Assembly (NCBI GenBank): GCA_963844845.1
Contig: CAWJPW010000011.1
Location: forward strand, 384,476 to 448,475
Source: an uncultured Acidobacteriota bacterium
GTDB lineage: Bacteria; Acidobacteriota; Thermoanaerobaculia; Thermoanaerobaculales; Sulfomarinibacteraceae
Direction: 5' to 3'
DNA length: 64,000 nt
Shown: positions 29,401-37,918 of the stretch, piece after piece
Layout: the number at the start of each line of letters is the position of its first letter
Numbering within the stretch: the stretch's first letter is position 1
Position numbers and translations under genes: made by a program
Notes under the pieces: model-generated
Databases searched by the model: none
Told to the model about the DNA's origin: nothing
The model's input: the letters and a program-made list of their open reading frames with translations, nothing else

Positions 29401-29668
29401 GCTGCCGCCGGACCCCCCATTTGAGGTACTGCTCACCGATTTCATGCTGCCGGGCAGAAACGGCGCCGAGCTGGCCGGCGACCTCCGCGCCCGCTGGCCG
29501 GGGCTCCAGGTCATTCTCATGTCCGGCTACGCCGCCGACGAGTCGGTGCGCCGCGCCATCGGCAGCGGCACCATGCGCTTCGTCCAGAAGCCCTTCGACA
29601 TGAGGATCCTCGCGGAGGAGCTGCGGGAATGCCTCGACGCCCGGGCGGCCGCGCCGCCCCGGCAGTAG
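26471..29668 (+). CDS. Hybrid sensor histidine kinase (TM, GAF, multiple PAS, HisKA, HATPase, C-terminal receiver)
   Basis: H-box GVAHDFNNLLQAM. G-boxes DDGPGIP and GTGLGLSVV. Receiver is RVLLVEDEP...LLTDFMLPGRNG...KPF. PAS-like repeats contain EYRIRR/EVELRRRDG. An alternative start is the ATG at 26609. Confidence 0.9.
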   Translation: MAVDPPKDGQMDGTPGYDGLPALKAERNARHTRSGPLATGAGGSSAMAVTKKIRGGLGPRWFSRLAAGLLLPPLDGGLAAPAERLSGAAWWSPLISLAAITAAVVFLLVALHERRRAVTERKLGDARNRVLRTVHAVHQLVERERDPQRLLERVCAILAEHGGFVMAWVGVASPDGRVVPRAAAGRDTDYLETVEIRYDNSPMGRGPTGTALREKRTIIAQDWRADDTMRPWLEQGALRGYRSSLATPIRTGETEVAVLSVYHGQPDAFDGETLALLEELAGDLGLALQAIAQEAAHREADAALRESHRALLESQRVARVGSYRLDVRTGRWESSAVLDELFGIVTDDHVKDVGGWLAIVHPDDRDEMESYLQHEVLRGGRPFDREYRIRRLSDGGERWVWGRGRLVRGADGRAAEMLGTILDVTEHRRTEERLRESIGGLEDANEKLRLLVEGSSHYFFYLQDLEGDITFVSPSVAGITGRPVEAWLGQSHWWTTDNPLNDTARAVTARHLAGELDGEPVAVEIRHADGRPILLEIFESGRFRGGRLIGLQGVAHDITERRRTDEALRRSEERYRRFFERDLTANFITHRDGTIVECNPTFVRIFGFADRAEALAANAVDLFPAPDDREEFLALLTTQPNLEYHEVELRRRDGAPLHVIANLVAELDGRGEVVSITGYLMDVTQRRNLEDQLRQAQKMEAVGRLAGGVAHDFNNLLQAMLSQIQLVQSTAFDPARLIAVTAELEQQVHRGAALTRQLLLFSRRETTRRLRLDLNEVVEGQAAMLRRLVRENIAVRLELATEPLPVVADHGQLEQVLMNLTVNASDALAQGGELAIRTGSGADGTVWLCVEDDGPGIPLEIRDMVFEPFFTTKAAGEGTGLGLSVVLGIVTQHRGRVALSGREGGGTAVRVFLPRAREPDEPATDTGVMPRATSPHGSGERVLLVEDEPMARAGLAELLGVLRYEAVAVGSAEEAMELPPDPPFEVLLTDFMLPGRNGAELAGDLRARWPGLQVILMSGYAADESVRRAIGSGTMRFVQKPFDMRILAEELRECLDARAAAPPRQ

Positions 29669-29808
29669 AGAGTGAAGAGTAGAGAGTTCACTCACCCACC
29701 CTCGCAGCAGCCGGATGCTCCGCAAGCCGCCTGGAGTGGAGGCAATTCGCGGAGCCGAGAGCCCGGACACATGGAGCGCGCCCACTCTTCACTCTTCACC
29801 TCCTACCA
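29667..29808. repeat. Inverted repeat spanning the gap between convergent genes
   Basis: The left arm is AGAGAGTGAAGAGTAGAGAG (29667-29686). The reverse complement of the right arm CTCTTCACTCTTCACCTC (29785-29802) is GAGGTGAAGAGTGAAGAG. The core GTGAAGAGT/ACTCTTCAC pairs perfectly. The right arm overlaps the last codons of the EamA gene. Confidence 0.6.
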
Positions 29809-30739
29809 CCGACGCAACGGCCGCCGCCCGCCCCAGGCTCACGAACTCCACCGCCAGGGAGCCGAGGACCAGGGCGCCGCCCACGAGCAGGTACCCGGTG
29901 GGCGCCTCGGCCAGGAACACCCACGCCCATACCGAGGCGAGCACCGGCTCCATGAGCACCGCCAGGTTGACCCGGTACACGGTGGTGTGACGCAGCGACC
30001 AGTTGAGCAGGCTGTGGCCCACCAACGACGGTCCCAGTGCCAGCAGCAGGAGCCACACCCAGGTGATGCGCTGCTCGGGTAGGAACGACGGCGCAAGGGC
30101 GGCAGTGAGCAGCGCCAGGGTGAGGGCCGCCGTGCCGTACACCACCAGGAGGTAGCGCACCAGCTCGACCCGACCGGTCTGCCGCTTGCCCACCAGCAGG
30201 TAGGCCGCCGCCGCCACCGCGCCGCCGAGAGCCAGCAGGTCGCCCGCCAGCGCACTGGGGTCGACGCGGAAGTCGCCCCACCCCAGCACCGCGCAGCCGA
30301 TGAGGGCGAGGGCGAAGGAGGCAACGTTGCGACGGGTGGTGGCCACCCCCAGGAGGCGGGGCGACACCAGCAGCACGAAGAGGGGCTGGGTGGCCACCAG
30401 CAGCACCGAGGAGCCCACCGACGTGAGCCAGAGGCTGGGGATCCACAGAGCGAAGTGGATTCCGAGGAAGACCCCGGCGGCCACGGCCGGCCACGGCACC
30501 GGACCGCGCGGGCCCCGACGCCAGGCCGCCCACGCCCACGGCACCAGGATCAGGGCGGCAAACGCATTGCGCCAGAACGCCACCGCCAGGGGATGCAGCG
30601 AGCCCACGCACAGCCGTGCCAGCACCGCCGCGAAGGACACCGCCAGCACCGCGATGGCCACCCCGACCACCGGGCGCCAGCCCTGCCCGCCGGTCGCCGT
30701 CTCCCCGTTCACCCGCTCATTGTAGGGGGACGCCCGCAT
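29789..30739 (-). CDS. EamA/DMT-family transporter
   Basis: 316 aa with about 10 hydrophobic helices in two halves. Typical EamA-like composition (AVSFAAVLARL..., LLALGPSLVGHSLLNWSLRH). Confidence 0.8.
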   Translation of the reverse strand: MRASPYNERVNGETATGGQGWRPVVGVAIAVLAVSFAAVLARLCVGSLHPLAVAFWRNAFAALILVPWAWAAWRRGPRGPVPWPAVAAGVFLGIHFALWIPSLWLTSVGSSVLLVATQPLFVLLVSPRLLGVATTRRNVASFALALIGCAVLGWGDFRVDPSALAGDLLALGGAVAAAAYLLVGKRQTGRVELVRYLLVVYGTAALTLALLTAALAPSFLPEQRITWVWLLLLALGPSLVGHSLLNWSLRHTTVYRVNLAVLMEPVLASVWAWVFLAEAPTGYLLVGGALVLGSLAVEFVSLGRAAAVASVVGGEE

Positions 30740-31039
30740 TCCTCACCGCTGCCAGGCGAAGCACGAAGCCTCGGCGGCTGACGGCGACCGGGCCATCCTG
30801 ATCACTGGACGAGATCACGACCGCCATTCTACGGGAAGCAGCCCGACGCGGCCGCTGTTGACGACGGGGATCGCGACTCTGCCGCAGTGCGGCCGGAAAC
30901 ATCAGCGGTACGCCTTGCACACAGGCCCTAGAGATGTCAGATTGGAAGTGTAAGCTGCGAGATTTCCGCTGAAAACCGTCACGGAAGTCGAAACGAATCA
31001 TCCCGCCGCAGCGCGGCGACCAGGCCCACCGGAGGGTCC

Positions 31040-32317
31040 ATGAAACCCCCCTCGACCCTGATCGGAGCGCTCCTCGTCGCCCTCGCCGCCACCCCGGCCG
31101 GCGCCACCCCCACTGCCCTGGAGCGGCTCCACGCCGCCGTGCAGAGCGCCTGGCAGAACGCCCCCGGCCTCGCGGCCCGGCGAGCGGAGCTGGCGGCCGC
31201 AGCCGCCGGCCACCGCGCCGACGCCGCCGCCGGAACGCCGACTCTGGAGTGGCAGCGCGAAGGGATCGGCCCCTCGTTCAGCCACCGCGATAACGCCCAG
31301 ACCTCGGTCCGCCTCGCGGCGCCCTTCGTCCCGCCGTGGGAGTGGCGGGAGGTGCACGCCCTCACAGGCGACGCCGGCGCCCTCACCGAGTCCGGCATCC
31401 GCGCGGCCCGGCAGGATCTCGCCGCCCGGGTGGCGGGCGACTGGCTCCAACTCGCCGCCACCCTCGACGAGCTCGAGGTGGCGCGCGGTCGGCTGGAGCG
31501 ACTCGAGCAGGCGGTGACCCTGCAGAGCCATCGCCGCGATCTCGGCGAGGTGGCGGGAATCGAGGTGGTCCAGCTGGACCTCGAGCGCCTCCGCGAGGCG
31601 GGCCGCGTCCACCAGCTCGAGAGCGGCGCCGACGCCGCCCGCGCCCGGCTCGCCGAGCTCGCCGGGCCCGACGCGCCGGAGCCGGTCGCCGGCGACCTCG
31701 TGACGCTGGCCGGGCTGCCGGCGACTCTGCCGTCCGAGGCCGAGCTCGCGGCCCGGGTGGCCGACGGCCCCCTCGCCGGCGCCGCCACGGCCCAGGCCCG
31801 GGTGCTGGAGTCGCGCGCCGCGCTCCTCGCCGAGGCCGCCTGGGGCCGCCCCGAGGCCGAAGCCGAGTGGGAGCGCTTTCCGCCTCTGGGCGGCCTGCCC
31901 GCCTACGATGCCGTGGGTATGCGGATCCGCTGGCCCCTGCCCCTGGGCAGCGCCGGCCGCGCGCGCAGCGCCGCCGCCCGAGCCGACGCCGCCGCCGCCC
32001 GAGCCGACGCCGCCGCCACCCTTCGCGAGCTGGAGCGCCGGGCCCGCACTGCCGAGGCCGCCGCCGTCAACTCCGCCCGCGTACTCGCCGAGGCGGAACC
32101 GGTGATGGAGAGCCTCGGCCGAGCCGAGCGCTCGCTGGCGGAGCAGTTCCGCCTCGGCGCAGTGTCCTACCTGGTGTACATCGACGGTCTCTCGCGTCTC
32201 GACGACGTGCGCACCCAGCTGATCGGCGCGCGCCTCGACCTGCTGACCGCCCGGGTGGACCTCGCCCGGGTGCTCGGCGCCCAGAGCGTCTTCCCCCTTT
32301 CGGAGGTCTCGCCATGA
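31040..32317 (+). CDS. Outer-membrane efflux protein (CzcC/CusC, TolC family)
   Basis: Signal peptide MKPPSTLIGALLVALAATPAGA. Ala/Arg/Leu-rich coiled repeats. First gene of a CBA operon; its stop overlaps the next start (ATGA). Confidence 0.8.
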   Translation: MKPPSTLIGALLVALAATPAGATPTALERLHAAVQSAWQNAPGLAARRAELAAAAAGHRADAAAGTPTLEWQREGIGPSFSHRDNAQTSVRLAAPFVPPWEWREVHALTGDAGALTESGIRAARQDLAARVAGDWLQLAATLDELEVARGRLERLEQAVTLQSHRRDLGEVAGIEVVQLDLERLREAGRVHQLESGADAARARLAELAGPDAPEPVAGDLVTLAGLPATLPSEAELAARVADGPLAGAATAQARVLESRAALLAEAAWGRPEAEAEWERFPPLGGLPAYDAVGMRIRWPLPLGSAGRARSAAARADAAAARADAAATLRELERRARTAEAAAVNSARVLAEAEPVMESLGRAERSLAEQFRLGAVSYLVYIDGLSRLDDVRTQLIGARLDLLTARVDLARVLGAQSVFPLSEVSP

Positions 32318-33432
32318 AGCACGCCCTGACCGTCCTGACCGTTCTCGCACTGCCCCTCGGCGCCGCGGCCGCGGAGCCCGCCACGGTACGCCTCAACGCC
32401 GCCGAGCAGGCGCGTGCGGGCGTCGCGGTGTCCCCGGTCGCCACGCGCGCCTTCTCCGACCAGGTTCGGGTGGTGGGGCAGGTCGTCGGCGCACCCGGCA
32501 GCACGGTGTCGGTGAAGTCCATCGTCGCCGGACGCGTGGAGGAGATCCTGGTGAGCCCCGGTGACCACGTCCGATCCGGGCAGCCGCTCATCACCCTGCA
32601 CTCCCACGCGGTGCTCTCCCTGCACGGCGAGCTCCTGCGCACCCACCGCGAGCTGCAGCTGGCCCAGAGCCGTCTCGACGCCGGCCGCCAGCTCTACGAG
32701 CTCGAGGGGATCAGCCGGATGGAGCTGGAACGGCGCTCGCAGGATTCGCTGGGCGCCCGGCTCGCCTACGAGCAGGCCCGTGCCGAGCTCCTCGACCTCG
32801 GCTACACCGAGGAGGGGGTCGACCGTGACCTCGAGGAGCAGGAGACCGAGCCCCACCTCACGGTGCGCGCACCCGCCTCGGGCGTGGTCCTCGACCTGCC
32901 GGTGCAGCAGTACGAGTGGATCGAAGCGTACGCACCGCTGATGGTCCTGGGCGACCCCGAGCAGGTGGAGCTGCAGCTGCAGCTCCCCCCCGACGAGGCC
33001 CACAGCGTGACCCGGGGCGACCGCATCAGCTTCGGCCTGGTGGGCCGCGCGGTAGCGGCGGGGCACGCCGAGGTGACAACCCGGGTCCCCCGGGTCGATC
33101 CCCGGACCCGCACGGTGATGGTGCGTGCGCACATCCTCGACGCCCCCGGCAACCTCTTCCCCGGCGTTTTCGTCGAGGGCACGCTGCAGCGCGGCGACAC
33201 CCGCACTGCGCCGTCGGTGCCTGACACGGCGGTAACCCGGATCGGCGAGCACGACGCGGTGTTCGTGCGCCTCGACCCCGAGACCTTCGCGGTGCGCCCG
33301 GTCTCGCTCGGACGGCGCGGCGAGGCCGCATACGAGGTGCTCGAGGGGCTGAAGCCCGGCGAGGAGATCGCCACGACCGGGGTCTTCTTCCTCAAGTCGG
33401 CGCTCCTCAGAGGGCCCGGCGGGGAGAGCTGA
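32314..33432 (+). CDS. RND efflux periplasmic adaptor (CzcB/CusB, HlyD family)
   Basis: From the ATG at 32314: MKHALTVLTVLALPLGAAAAEP...; lipoyl-like GRVEEILVSPGDHVRSGQPLITL; C-terminal beta-barrel. The track ORF from 31336 is an over-extension. Confidence 0.85.
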   Translation: MKHALTVLTVLALPLGAAAAEPATVRLNAAEQARAGVAVSPVATRAFSDQVRVVGQVVGAPGSTVSVKSIVAGRVEEILVSPGDHVRSGQPLITLHSHAVLSLHGELLRTHRELQLAQSRLDAGRQLYELEGISRMELERRSQDSLGARLAYEQARAELLDLGYTEEGVDRDLEEQETEPHLTVRAPASGVVLDLPVQQYEWIEAYAPLMVLGDPEQVELQLQLPPDEAHSVTRGDRISFGLVGRAVAAGHAEVTTRVPRVDPRTRTVMVRAHILDAPGNLFPGVFVEGTLQRGDTRTAPSVPDTAVTRIGEHDAVFVRLDPETFAVRPVSLGRRGEAAYEVLEGLKPGEEIATTGVFFLKSALLRGPGGES

Positions 33433-33433
33433 C

Positions 33434-36400
33434 ATGACCCGCCTGGTGGAGCTCTCCCTCGCCCACCGGCTAGTGGTGATCCTGCTGGCCCTGATGCTGG
33501 TGGGGGCCGGCGTCACCGCCCTGCGCCAGCTGCCCATCGACGCCTTTCCCGACGTCACCAACATCCAGGTGACCGTGATCTCGCAGGCGGCCACCCTCTC
33601 GCCCATGGAGGTGGAGCAGCTGGTCACCTACCCCATCGAGCAGGCATGCGCCGGGCTGCCGCACTCCACCCAGGTGCGCTCGCTCTCCAAGTTCGGCCTC
33701 TCCATGGTGACGGTGGTGTTCGCCGACGGCACCGACATCTACTTCGCCCGCCAGATGGTGATGGAGCGCCTGTTCTCCGTGACGGGGGAGCTCCCGGCGG
33801 GAGTCCAGAGCGGCCTCGGCCCCATCTCCACCGGCCTCGGCGAGGTCTACCAGTACACCCTCGAGAGCGACACCCACAGCCTCATGGAGCTGCGCACCCT
33901 CCAGGATTGGGTGCTGCGGCCGATCCTGCGCACGGTCCCGGGGGTCGCCGGAGTGGACTCCTTCGGCGGCGAGGTGCGCCAGTTCCACGTCATCGCGGAC
34001 CCCACCGCGCTACGCCGGTACGGTCTCGCCCTCGAGGAGCTCGCCGCCGCAGTGGCGGCCAACAACGGCGTGGCCGGGGGTTCCTTCGTAGAGCGGGGCG
34101 GCGAGCAGTACGTGGTGCGCGGCGACGGCTGGGTGCGTGGCGTGGAGGACCTCAAGAACACGGTGATCTCCTACCGTGACGGCGTCCCGGTGCTGCTCGG
34201 CCAGGTGGCCAGCGTCGAGACCGGGCCGCAGATCCGCCAGGGCGCCATCACCCGCGACGGTGAGGGCGAGAGCGTCGCCGGCATCGTCCTGATGCTGCGC
34301 GGGGGATCCGGCCGCGACGTTGTGGAGGGCACCCGCGAGAAGCTCGAGCTGGCCCGCCGCTCGCTGCCCCCCGACGTGGACATCGTGCCCTTCTACGACC
34401 GCTCGGAGCTGGTCCACACCGCCCTCGGGACGGTGCAGAGCGCCCTCTTCCAAGGCGCCGTGCTGGTGGTCCTGGTGCTGCTCTTCTTCATGGGCCACCT
34501 GCGCTCGGCCCTGCTGGTGGCGCTGCAGCTGCCGGTGGCGGCACTGGCCACCTTCCTGGTCATGGACCTGGTGGGCCTGTCGGCCAACCTCATGACCCTG
34601 TCGGGCCTCGCCATCGCCATCGGCATGCTCGGCGACGGCGCCATCGTCCTGGTGGAGAACGCGGTGCGCCTACTTGGCGAGGCGCGGTCCGAGGGCGTCA
34701 ACCGCTGCGCCCTGATCCGCCAGGCCGCGGTGGAGGTCGTCCGGCCCATCGTCTTCGGGGTCGCGGTGATCATCGTCGTCTTCCTGCCCATCGCCTCGCT
34801 GCAGGGCATGGAGGGCAAGATGTTCGCGCCGCTTGCCTACACCATCACGATCGCGTTGGGCTGCGCACTGGTCCTCAACCTGACTCTCATCCCCGCCCTC
34901 GCCTCGCTGATTCTCAAGCCGGCGCCGGTGTTCGGGGGCGGGCGCATCCCCCACCCCGCCGACCTCGTCCGCCGCCTCTATCGGCCCCAGCTGCGCTGGG
35001 CCCTGGACCACGGCCTGATCGTGGTGGGCGTGGCCCTGGGGCTCCTGGTCGTGGCGGCGCTGGTGGCGCCCACCCTGGGCACCGAGTTCCTCCCCACCAT
35101 GGACGAGGGATCGGTGGTGGTGCAGCCCTTCCAGATCCCCTCGGTGTCGCTCCCCCAGGCGCTGGACACCGTGCAGCGCATCGAGCGCACCATCATGGAG
35201 CTCCCCGAGGTGAGCCACGTGGTGAGCCGCACGGGCCGCTCGGAGATCTCGGCCGATCCCATGGGAGTGGGTGAGAGTGACATGTACGTGCTCCTCAAGC
35301 CGCGCTCCGAGTGGACGACGGCCGGCACCAAGGCGGGCCTGGTGGCGGCGCTGCGCGACAAGTTGGCGACGATCCCCGGCGTCGAGTTCGGGTTCACCCA
35401 GCCGATCCAGATGCGGGTGGACGAGCTCCTCTCGGGAGTGAAGTCGCAGATCGCGGTGAAGGTGTTCGGCGACGACCTCAGCGAGCTCACCCGCCTCGGT
35501 GACGAGATGGCGGCGGTTCTCGCGGGGGTCGCCGGCGCCGCCGACGTCAAGACCGAGGCGGTCGAAGGCCTCGGCTACCTGGAGATCACCATGCGGCGTC
35601 CGCGCATGGCCCGCCTCGGCATCAGCGTCGCCCAAGTACGTTCCCTCATCGAGACTGCCATCGGCGGCCAGGTGGTGACCACTGTGCCCGAGGGTGACCG
35701 TCGCACCGACGTGGTCGTTCGCCTGCCGCGCGCGTTCACCGCCAACGTCGACAACCTCCGCGAGCTCCCCCTGGCCACGCCGGCCGGCGAGCGGGTGCTG
35801 CTGCGGGAGGTTGCCGACATCGACCTCGTGGGGGGGCCGGCGCAGATCTCGCGCGAGGACGGCAAGCGCCGCCTAGTGGTGGAGCTCAACGTGGTGGGCC
35901 GTGACATCGGCGGCTTCGTGGCCGAGGCGCAGCAGCGGCTCGCCGACAGCGTCCCCCTGCCCACCGGCTACTACGTCACCTGGGGCGGCCAGTTCGAGCA
36001 GCAGCAGCGGGCCATGGCCCGCCTCCGCGTCATGGTGCCGGTGGCTCTGCTGCTGATCTTCATCCTCCTCTACCTCAACTTCCGCGAGACCCGCCCGGTG
36101 TTTCTCATCCTCGCCAACATCCCGCTCGCCCTGGTGGGCGGGGTGCTGGGCCTCAAGCTGTCGGGGCTCTACCTCTCGGTGTCGGCCTCGGTGGGCTTCA
36201 TCGCGCTGTTCGGCATCGCCATCCTCAACGGCCTGGTGATGGTGGAGTTCTTCCGCAACCTCGAGGCCGAGGGGATACCGCGGCGGGACGCCATCCTCCA
36301 GGGCGCCGAGCTGCGCCTGCGCCCGGTGCTCATGACCGCGGCGACCACCGCCCTGGGCCTCATTCCCATGGTGTGGGCGAGCGGCGTGGGCTCCGAGGTC

Positions 36401-36565
36401 CAGCGCCCGCTGGCTGTGGTGGTGGTCTCCGGGGTGGTGACCTCCACCCTTCTCACCCTGCTGGTGCTGCCGGTGCTGTACCTGCGCTTCGGCAGCGCTC
36501 CCCAGACGGAGTCGGAGTGCGCGCCCACGGACGACGGACCACAGCCCGCCGGAGTGCCGGGCTGA
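33434..36565 (+). CDS. Heavy-metal efflux RND pump (CusA/CzcA family)
   Basis: 1043 aa. N-terminus is LPIDAFPDVTNIQVTV; also has AIGMLGDGAIVLVEN. The 12-TM RND architecture is read from the sequence. Confidence 0.95.
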   Translation: MTRLVELSLAHRLVVILLALMLVGAGVTALRQLPIDAFPDVTNIQVTVISQAATLSPMEVEQLVTYPIEQACAGLPHSTQVRSLSKFGLSMVTVVFADGTDIYFARQMVMERLFSVTGELPAGVQSGLGPISTGLGEVYQYTLESDTHSLMELRTLQDWVLRPILRTVPGVAGVDSFGGEVRQFHVIADPTALRRYGLALEELAAAVAANNGVAGGSFVERGGEQYVVRGDGWVRGVEDLKNTVISYRDGVPVLLGQVASVETGPQIRQGAITRDGEGESVAGIVLMLRGGSGRDVVEGTREKLELARRSLPPDVDIVPFYDRSELVHTALGTVQSALFQGAVLVVLVLLFFMGHLRSALLVALQLPVAALATFLVMDLVGLSANLMTLSGLAIAIGMLGDGAIVLVENAVRLLGEARSEGVNRCALIRQAAVEVVRPIVFGVAVIIVVFLPIASLQGMEGKMFAPLAYTITIALGCALVLNLTLIPALASLILKPAPVFGGGRIPHPADLVRRLYRPQLRWALDHGLIVVGVALGLLVVAALVAPTLGTEFLPTMDEGSVVVQPFQIPSVSLPQALDTVQRIERTIMELPEVSHVVSRTGRSEISADPMGVGESDMYVLLKPRSEWTTAGTKAGLVAALRDKLATIPGVEFGFTQPIQMRVDELLSGVKSQIAVKVFGDDLSELTRLGDEMAAVLAGVAGAADVKTEAVEGLGYLEITMRRPRMARLGISVAQVRSLIETAIGGQVVTTVPEGDRRTDVVVRLPRAFTANVDNLRELPLATPAGERVLLREVADIDLVGGPAQISREDGKRRLVVELNVVGRDIGGFVAEAQQRLADSVPLPTGYYVTWGGQFEQQQRAMARLRVMVPVALLLIFILLYLNFRETRPVFLILANIPLALVGGVLGLKLSGLYLSVSASVGFIALFGIAILNGLVMVEFFRNLEAEGIPRRDAILQGAELRLRPVLMTAATTALGLIPMVWASGVGSEVQRPLAVVVVSGVVTSTLLTLLVLPVLYLRFGSAPQTESECAPTDDGPQPAGVPG

Positions 36566-36571
36566 CGGGCG

Positions 36572-37312
36572 TCAGCCCCGGGGAAGCGGCAGCAGCGCGC
36601 CGCCCGAGACCGGGAGGTCGACTCCGGTGAGGTGGCGGGCTCGTTGGTCGTCAGCGAGAAACAGCACCGCTTGGGCGACGTCCTCGGCATCGGCGATGCG
36701 CCCGAGCGGCACCGTGGCACGGACCTGCTCGGCACGCCCCGCAACTCCGAGGGCCGGCGCGGCCATGGGCGTCAGCACCCAGCCGGGCGACACCTGGTTG
36801 ACCCGGATGGCCGGCGCCAGCTCCTGGGCCAGGGACTGCACCAGGCCCCACAGCGCCGCCTTGGAGCCGGCGTAGTGGGAGTGTCCCGGCTCGCCGCGCT
36901 GGCCGGCCGTGGAGCCCACGAAGACGATGCTGCCCCGGGTCATCATCCGCGCCGCCTCCCGCGCCAGGAAGAAGGCCGAGAAGGTGTTGGTGCGGAACAT
37001 CTCCTCCAGGCGCCCGGCGTCGAGCTCGCGGATCGGGCCATGGTTCCAGATCCCCGCCGAGTGCACCACAGTATCGAGACCGTGGGCGGCGGCCACAGCG
37101 GCGACGCAGCCCGCCTCGGTGGCGAGGTCGGCCTGCACCGGCACCACCCGGTCGGGGTACTCCCGGGCGAGGAGCTGGACTGGCGGCTCCTGCGAGCGGT
37201 ACTGGGCCACCACCCGGTCGCCCCGGGCGAGGAAAGCTCGGGCGCAGGCGAGGCCGATCCCCGACGAGGCGCCGGTGACGAGGATGGTTCGGGGTGTGGA
37301 GTGCTCTGACAT
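36572..37312 (-). CDS. Short-chain dehydrogenase/reductase (FabG-like)
   Basis: From the ATG at 37312: MSEHSTPRTILVTGASSGIGLA...; catalytic YAGSKAALWG; C-terminal TGVDLPVSGG. The track ORF (to 37561) over-extends into repeats. Confidence 0.9.
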   Translation of the reverse strand: MSEHSTPRTILVTGASSGIGLACARAFLARGDRVVAQYRSQEPPVQLLAREYPDRVVPVQADLATEAGCVAAVAAAHGLDTVVHSAGIWNHGPIRELDAGRLEEMFRTNTFSAFFLAREAARMMTRGSIVFVGSTAGQRGEPGHSHYAGSKAALWGLVQSLAQELAPAIRVNQVSPGWVLTPMAAPALGVAGRAEQVRATVPLGRIADAEDVAQAVLFLADDQRARHLTGVDLPVSGGALLPLPRG

Positions 37313-37482
37313 GGGGACCTCCCGAGGGCGTACGGTACACGGGCGGGACGGGAGATGGAAGAAGCTCCCCCTCCAACCGCTCAAGGACCCGGCAGGGACC
37401 GCGGTGCCGGTCCCGGTCCCTGCCCCTGCCCCGGCCCCGGACGCGGCCCGGTCTCCGATCCCCGTCCCGGTCCGGACCCGAT

Positions 37483-37730
37483 GCTCCGGACACCGGCTCC
37501 CGGGCGGCTCCACCGCCCGTCGGCGCGGTCCCGGGGGCGGCAGCGGCGTGCGCTGCCGCACGGCAACCAGGCCGCCCTCGGGCCCTCAGCGCCGAGTCGC
37601 CTGCCTGGTTGTTCGAGGCCACTGCTGCGAAGGGTGTACCCGTGGATTGCCACCCATGGCGTTTCCCCCAAGCGCGCTCCAAGTGAGGAGGAGCTCCCGG
37701 GAAGACGCCATAAGTGGCACGTCCCACCGG
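37483..37730 (-). repeat. Copy 2 of the ~250-nt structured dispersed repeat (orientation label arbitrary)
   Basis: Shares the near-identical module CACCGGCTCCCGGGCGGCTCCACCGCCCGTCGGCGCGGTCCCGGGGGCGGCAGCGGCGTGCGCTGCCGCACGGCAACCAGGCCGCCCTCGGGCCCTCAGCGCCGAGTCGCCTGCCTGGTTGTT with copies at 39201 and 39510. The distal hairpin arms are CCATGGCGTTTCCC (37654-37667) and GGGAAGACGCCAT (37699-37711). Confidence 0.85.
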
Positions 37731-37918
37731 AGAAACCCTGCTCCGTCACGGTCTCGGTCGCCGCCCCGGACGCGGCCCCGGGCCCGATGGACCGACGATC
37801 TCGGGTTGTCGTCGCGAATGCGAGGGCCTCCTATTCTAAAGAATCTCGAGAGAGCAGCGAGGCTGCTACACTGATTCCCTAGTCTGTCAGGGAGAATCTC
37901 GGCAGCAGGGGGTGATCC

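Noticed and set aside
30907-30958. Sigma-54-like promoter upstream of czcC (GGTACGCCTTGCA at 30907-30919 and TGGAAGTGTAAGCTGC at 30943-30958).
   Set aside because: The GG-to-GC spacing is 8 nt in the first candidate. In the second it is 8 or 11 nt, depending on which GC is taken. The canonical spacing is 10 nt, and no enhancer-binding protein gene is nearby.
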